Source: Schmidtea nova (lineage: Eukaryota). Taken from it: a stretch of 64,000 nt of DNA. Location of the stretch: NCBI GenBank assembly GCA_044892505.1, contig CM097882.1, positions 320,912,001 through 320,976,000 on the forward strand. Reading direction: 5' to 3'. The position numbers were made by a program, and so were the translations under genes. The notes beneath the pieces were generated by a model. The model made no database searches and was not told the origin of the DNA. It saw nothing but the letters and a program-made list of their open reading frames with translations. Every line of letters begins with the position of its first letter. The stretch's first letter is position 1. Below are positions 58,061 through 64,000 of this stretch, piece after piece.

Positions 58061-59167
58061 TTTTGAAAACAAATGAATAACAGTTTAATAATGGGACTAA
58101 CTCAACAATAGAATAATTATTGTTATCGAAAGAATACTCTTTAAAACGATATAAAACAGTTGGTAAGAAAACCAGTCTTTATTTGGAACAGATTAATATA
58201 TAAAAATATGTATAAATATAAAAACGGCCATAATTTTCGCAACAACCTAATATATTGAAACTCCAATTGCAAAGGTTTTAAAGATTTTAGAATATTGAAA
58301 ATTTCCACGTATTTCATTTTATTATTTCTCCTTTTTTGAAGATCCATCTACATTGAAACCTCTTAGATACTTCAAATTATATATCACCCTTTTGTTTAAA
58401 TATTTTGTTCATTCTGATTATAGCAACGTTTACCAATGATATACTTATATGGTAATTTTCTTCGATATCTCCCGCTAGAATATTTATAAGTTATAAGTTA
58501 TAGACAGAAGTTCTATAAAATTAAAAATTTCAAAATGTTTGGTGATGTCCTTAATTTTGAACTCAAAATGACCTTAATTAAAATCATAGAAATTGTGCTG
58601 ATATGCGAATTAGTATATTAATTTGATGCTTGTTGGTAAGTATCAACACGTAAAATGAAATGCACAATTTTTGCTTTGACCGTGAGAAATGATTTCATAA
58701 AATTTCCGTCCGACAAATACATTGGATTTGACTAAAGTAAATAACTGCTTTTTAATGTTTTTCAAAAATAATTATGATTTTATTTGATCATTCTCCTTTT
58801 TTTTCATTTAATGCGTTCTTTCTACTTCTATGATTTTTACATTTTTTGACAAATGTTTTTGCTTGATGAATAGTATATATTGTCTCGTATATATTATACC
58901 GCATATTATATATTATATATTATATATTATATATTATATATTATATATTATATATTATATTATATATTATATTATATTATACCGCGTTAATATTTTATTT
59001 TATATTATTTATGGAAATAGATTAAAATTCTCTATATAGCATCTGTTATATTATTCTCCAGCATTATGAAAGGTCATAATTATCTTTTTGTTTCATCTTT
59101 GATTTCTTTATTTACATCAATAAATCCAAAATGTTATGCCTATAAATCAAAATTGTTTTTTAACAAG

Positions 59168-59203
59168 TACACAATATTTTGGCACAGCCTTTATCAAGTG
59201 TAT
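59168..59203 (-). ncRNA. Inactivated hammerhead copy (G12 to A) in pLTR fragment
   Basis: TACAC-TTGATAA-AGGCTGTGCC-AAAA-TAT-T-GTGTA. Confidence 0.5.
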
Positions 59204-59377
59204 TCACAGAAGGTCGCCAATTGACCTGTTCTAAATTAAATAATCTGCAATATGTTCTAAGAAATATTATACTTGTTCATTGGGAGATTATTTTTAAAAT
59301 ATTGTCAAAAATCGGTGGATTATGCTAGTTTTACGACTTTTGTGACTTATGTAGTTCTAGGATGGGTCATCTTCTAG

Positions 59378-59408
<31 letters not shown>

Positions 59409-59917
59409 TTGTGAATGCCATATTTTATTGTCATTTTTATATGATTATTTGCGGTTGAGGTGGTAAGCGCCGTCATTGTTATGGACGGTGCCTTTGCGGT
59501 CACCTGGGCCCCCCCTTTTTCATTGTGTATGTTAATATTTATTTTTATTATTGTGATTATTATTATGCCGTTCAAAATTCAAATTTGGCTTGCTATAGCA
59601 AAAGCTATAGTAAGCCAAATTGAATAAAAAAAAAATCAATAAAACAAATTTATATTAAAAACATTTAAAAGCCAAAATTAAAAGAAGCTTGAAGGAGAAT
59701 TTCAAAGACTACAAAAGCGAATAAGAATTATAAAACAGAAGATAAAAAAAAAAGCAAATTGTCCTAGAACAAAAGAGAGAGAGCTAAATATCGAGCATCT
59801 AAGCAATAACAAATCAAATTAACAAAAGACAATTCTTAAGGAATCAGATTATAACAAATCCAAATTATAATAATTCCAACGCGATCAGAAAATAAACATT
59901 CAAATCGCCAGGAGAAA

Positions 59918-60053
59918 AAGAACAATCAAAGAACGATTAAAGAACAATTAAAGAACAATTAAAGAACAATTAAAGAACAATTAAACAATTAAAGAACAAT
60001 TAAAGAACAATTAAAGAACATTTAAAGAACAATTAACGAACAACTAAAGAACA
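59918..60053. repeat. 11-bp minisatellite (AAAGAACAATT)n
   Basis: Direct reading, about a dozen copies. Confidence 0.9.
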
Positions 60054-62774
60054 TAGCAAACCAATTTATTTGAACTATCTAGAAGTTTTTCCCTCCGAAA
60101 CTATAAAGTAACTTTTGTAAAATTGTAGATTTGACAATATCTGGGTTATAGTTAATAATTAATTTATCACATTGTTTATTATTTTATTTTGTTACTTATA
60201 ATCTACCAATACACAGCATTCACCCCGAGTGTCCCCACAACAATCGGGCTGACTCTCTCGGGCCCTACAAATACTTCCTAGACATAGTTCTCGAAATATA
60301 TATTCTATTACACACAATATAGTTTATAATAAAATTGATTGATGTGAAATCTTTCTTAGATATTTGTAGGCTTGTAATTTTAAAACAAAGAAAATTCTTT
60401 GCATAAACTTGTTTTCTGAAATTTTTGCAAAAATTAATAAGAATACACTGATTAATATAATTAAAACCTTGAACGACCTGATAAAAATAAATGTATTTTT
60501 GAAAAAAATATTTGTTTTATTTTATCTCTATTTGTCTAATAAATATTATCATATTTACAAATATTATAATAGATGTATTAATTAAATTGGAAATAATCTA
60601 TTTTAAGTTTTTTTAAATACTAAATAATTGGGCACAATTGTGATTTTAAGTGAATATTCGTTTTTGAAATGATTGATTTTCATTATAATGAAATTTTTAT
60701 CTTGGAAATAACTGCCAATTATTGGGTTTGCAATGGAAACACTGACATTTTTTAAAGGTATTAGAAACTGTTGGACTTGTCCATACTGCGAATAATATAA
60801 TGGCTTCAAAAATTATGGAGATTATAATAATTGTATTCCGTCTCATTGTCGTGAAAACCAGAATTATGGCATTAGTGCTTCAATTAAAGTTTAATAATGC
60901 CTACCGGTAAATTTTTTGATTTTTGTAATGAAGAACAAAATCGAAAAATTTTATTGTTAAGCAAATTTCAAGAAAAGAAAAAAACATTATAAGTTTTTTA
61001 TGTGCAAAAAGCACTTGAAATTCAATATAAGCTCTGTTATGATTGCAACAAAGTTGCATGTGATCGAATTAATTCAACTGATAATAGAGCTCTGGATGAT
61101 TTTAGCAGTGATGTTGAAAGATTATTGAAAGCTATGTAAATAAGATTCCAAAGAAATTGATAATATCAAAAGAGAATTAGTAATGGAAAGAAGATATCTA
61201 TACAAAAAATGATACAGGTCCATACCTTTGTAAAAATTAAAGAAATACAAGAATAAAAATTTAAATAGTATATAAAAATATTTGTGAATATACAGTAAAT
61301 ACTTTCAAATATCATTTATTATTTGACAACAATCAACACGCAAATTTATTTTATTTGTACTAGTTGGGAACAGGTGATTTCTATTATCATAACTGTGCTC
61401 ACCTCATTGAACTATATCATTTGGTTTTATTCGACATTTATTAATAATAATAATTAGATTGAATATTTTGATAGTTAATGATCGTGTTTATCATTAACTC
61501 GTGGTTTAGATACTAATGACATTTTACATTTTCGAATATATTGTTCTAAAANNNNNNNNNNNNNNNNNNNNNNNNNNNNNNNNNNNNNNNNNNNNNNNNN
61601 NNNNNNNNNNNNNNNNNNNNNNNNNNNNNNNNNNNNNNNNNNNNNNNNNNNNNNNNNNNNNNNNNNNNNNNNNNNNNNNNNNNNNNNNNNNNNNNNNNNN
61701 NNNNNNNNNNNNNNNNNNNNNNNNNNNNNNNNNNNNNNNNNNNNNNNNNNNNNNNNNNNNNNNNNNNNNNNNNNNNNNNNNNNNNNNNNNNNNNNNNNNN
61801 NNNNNNNNNNNNNNNNNNNNNNNNNNNNNNNNNNNNNNNNNNNNNNNNNNNNNNNNNNNNNNNNNNNNNNNNNNNNNNNNNNNNNNNNNNNNNNNNNNNN
61901 NNNNNNNNNNNNNNNNNNNNNNNNNNNNNNNNNNNNNNNNNNNNNNNNNNNNNNNNNNNNNNNNNNNNNNNNNNNNNNNNNNNNNNNNNNNNNNNNNNNN
62001 NNNNNNNNNNNNNNNNNNNNNNNNNNNNNNNNNNNNNNNNNNNNNNNNNNNNNNNNNNNNNNNNNNNNNNNNNNNNNNNNNNNNNNNNNNNNNNNNNNNN
62101 NNNNNNNNNNNNNNNNNNNNNNNNNNNNNNNNNNNNNNNNNNNNNNNNNNNNNNNNNNNNNNNNNNNNNNNNNNNNNNNNNNNNNNNNNNNNNNNNNNNN
62201 NNNNNNNNNNNNNNNNNNNNNNNNNNNNNNNNNNNTACAATATGTCTTAATTAATATTGTCCTTAAAAGAAATATCACGTTGGCAATTTAATCTTTGAAA
62301 ATCACATCAAATAAGTTTCACAGCAGATCGTGATCTAGTCGATCATTATTAGCTATAAATTATGATCTAATTGCTTTACAAACAAATTGTCACTCAAATT
62401 TTGTTTTTTTATAAATTAGTATACCTTTGAACAATAATTTATTTTATCTTTTAATTTATCTTTTAGTTTCACCTTTGATCTCATTTTTTAAATCAATAAT
62501 TTTCATATTAAAATTTTATGACACTAGATGACATTTTCTTTGGTTGTTAGGTACACTATTATATTATATATTATATTATATTTTGAATGGTTGCATTGAA
62601 TGACTCAATTTGGGGAATTTTGAGAAGCAAATACATTTTTAGCTTTTTAAACCCATTTTATAACTGAAAGTTCTAAACTTGTCATTTTAACTACTAAATA
62701 GATAAGGTATTTACTATTTAGAAGTTTATATATATAAACAAGTAAAGCTTTGTTATACCCAGTGCAAAACTCCA

Positions 62775-62816
62775 ATAGCAGACTAGTTTCGAGCTTTTGG
62801 CTCTCATCAGTGCTAT
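62775..62816 (-). ncRNA. Canonical minimal type I hammerhead ribozyme
   Basis: Minus strand ATAGCA-CTGATGA-GAGC-CAAAA-GCTC-GAAA-CTAGT-C-TGCTAT: full core, 6-bp stem I, palindromic ACTAGT stem III, GUC cleavage triplet. Confidence 0.9.
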
Positions 62817-64000
62817 GCAGGAGACGCGAAAATTTCTCTCCGCGCCAGGTAAGTATAAAACAAAGTCGAAAATGTATTGTTATATACTATTCCTGGTACA
62901 CTGGATATCACATCACTTGAATATGCAAGGTCCTACAGATAATCTGTTACTTGCAAACATGGCGTATGAATATATATAAATCAAAAGTCAAATTAAATAA
63001 ATTTCATGTCAGTCTGTGATATGTCGGTTATTAATAATTATAATTTCTGATCTAATTTGATAAAAAACAAAATGACTTTTTTAACTCTTTCTTTTAACTT
63101 CCAATTTCTGTTTGTTTTCTTGTCAAACTTTGGATCGATTTTTAACCCACTTCCCGATATCCAATCGATCTGAAAATTTGCGAGCAGACTCGTGGTGGCC
63201 CACAAATTATTCCATTGAAAAATTGAAACATTTTGAAACATTGTGATTTTTCAATTTACTGTTTTCAAGAAACTACCAAACAATGAAAGAACAATAAAAT
63301 TAACCGAGAACATGAGAAAAAGAAAGAGTTACAAAAAAATCTTGTTTTTATGGGTTCCTTTTTTAAATTTTAAATAATATATTTACTTTTAAAAAATATT
63401 TGATTGGGTTCACAAAATGTAACGTGGAACCTATTAAAATATATCTGAAACTTTCAATATTTTTCGCAAATATTCTTTTGGTCTTAATTTTTTTGTAATA
63501 AATATGTGTCTTAAGTGCCATTTTTTTGATGTTTTTTGTACATCTAAATTCCAAATAGTTAAACAAATTTCACTTTTCATTTTGTTTTATTATTTCAAAT
63601 TTTAATTATTCTTTTATGTTTTTTTGTAAAAATAAATATATTTTCTTTATTTACCAAGCATAATTTTCACATTTTTCTTTTTTAAGTTTTCAGTGTTATA
63701 AATGAAAGAGATTCATAAATGCAAAATTAACGGTTCAAAAGACCTTTATAAATGTTAAACATTGCTTTAAATTATACAGAATTAAAAAATACAGAATTAC
63801 AAAAAATTTTTAATATGATTCCCATTTGGACCCAAACTCGCACACAAATTAAAATATGTTAAAATATTGAAGGTTACTTATTTTGACTCCAGTTATTCTT
63901 ATTCAATTCAGGGGGTCAGATGTTGTTATTTATACTGCATTACCTCTCGTTTTAAATGTATACACATCTAATGGTGCTTGGTTGGCAGACTTCTTAGGTC

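Noticed and set aside
58420-58490. Possible next kinase exon (QRLPMIYLYGNFLRYLPLEYL)
   Set aside because: Splice phase does not match the exon ending at 33475 and similarity to GSPYWMAPE is weak.
61475-62278. Long ORFs spanning N runs (also 19801, 22974, 25512, 28385, 30029, 47927, 54783)
   Set aside because: Artefacts of assembly gaps.

Overview
AT-rich eukaryotic genomic DNA with about a dozen N gaps. The host looks like an invertebrate with 39-57 nt minimal introns but cannot be identified from sequence alone. Bases 1-13628 are the right-hand 13.6 kb of an integrated Polinton/Maverick (adintovirus-like) element. It carries protein-primed PolB running off the window, adenain protease, major and minor capsid proteins, two protease-site-bearing core-like proteins, a chromodomain integrase and a packaging ATPase. 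It also has accessory genes, including a two-repeat TBP-like protein and a type I membrane protein. Several Polinton genes carry short GT-AG introns, one inside the integrase D-x-G motif. The terminal region holds phased E2F and AP-1 sites, and a 10-mer shared with the internal promoters. A few stop codons and homopolymer indels indicate early decay or assembly error. The rest of the window is a TE graveyard in and around a multi-exon TESK/LIMK-like kinase gene: Penelope with hammerhead ribozymes, Gypsy, Zator, Merlin, Tc1, mariner, hAT, piggyBac, a second decayed Polinton PolB and an HDAC3 pseudogene fragment. All protein assignments come from recognising motifs by eye; no searches were run.
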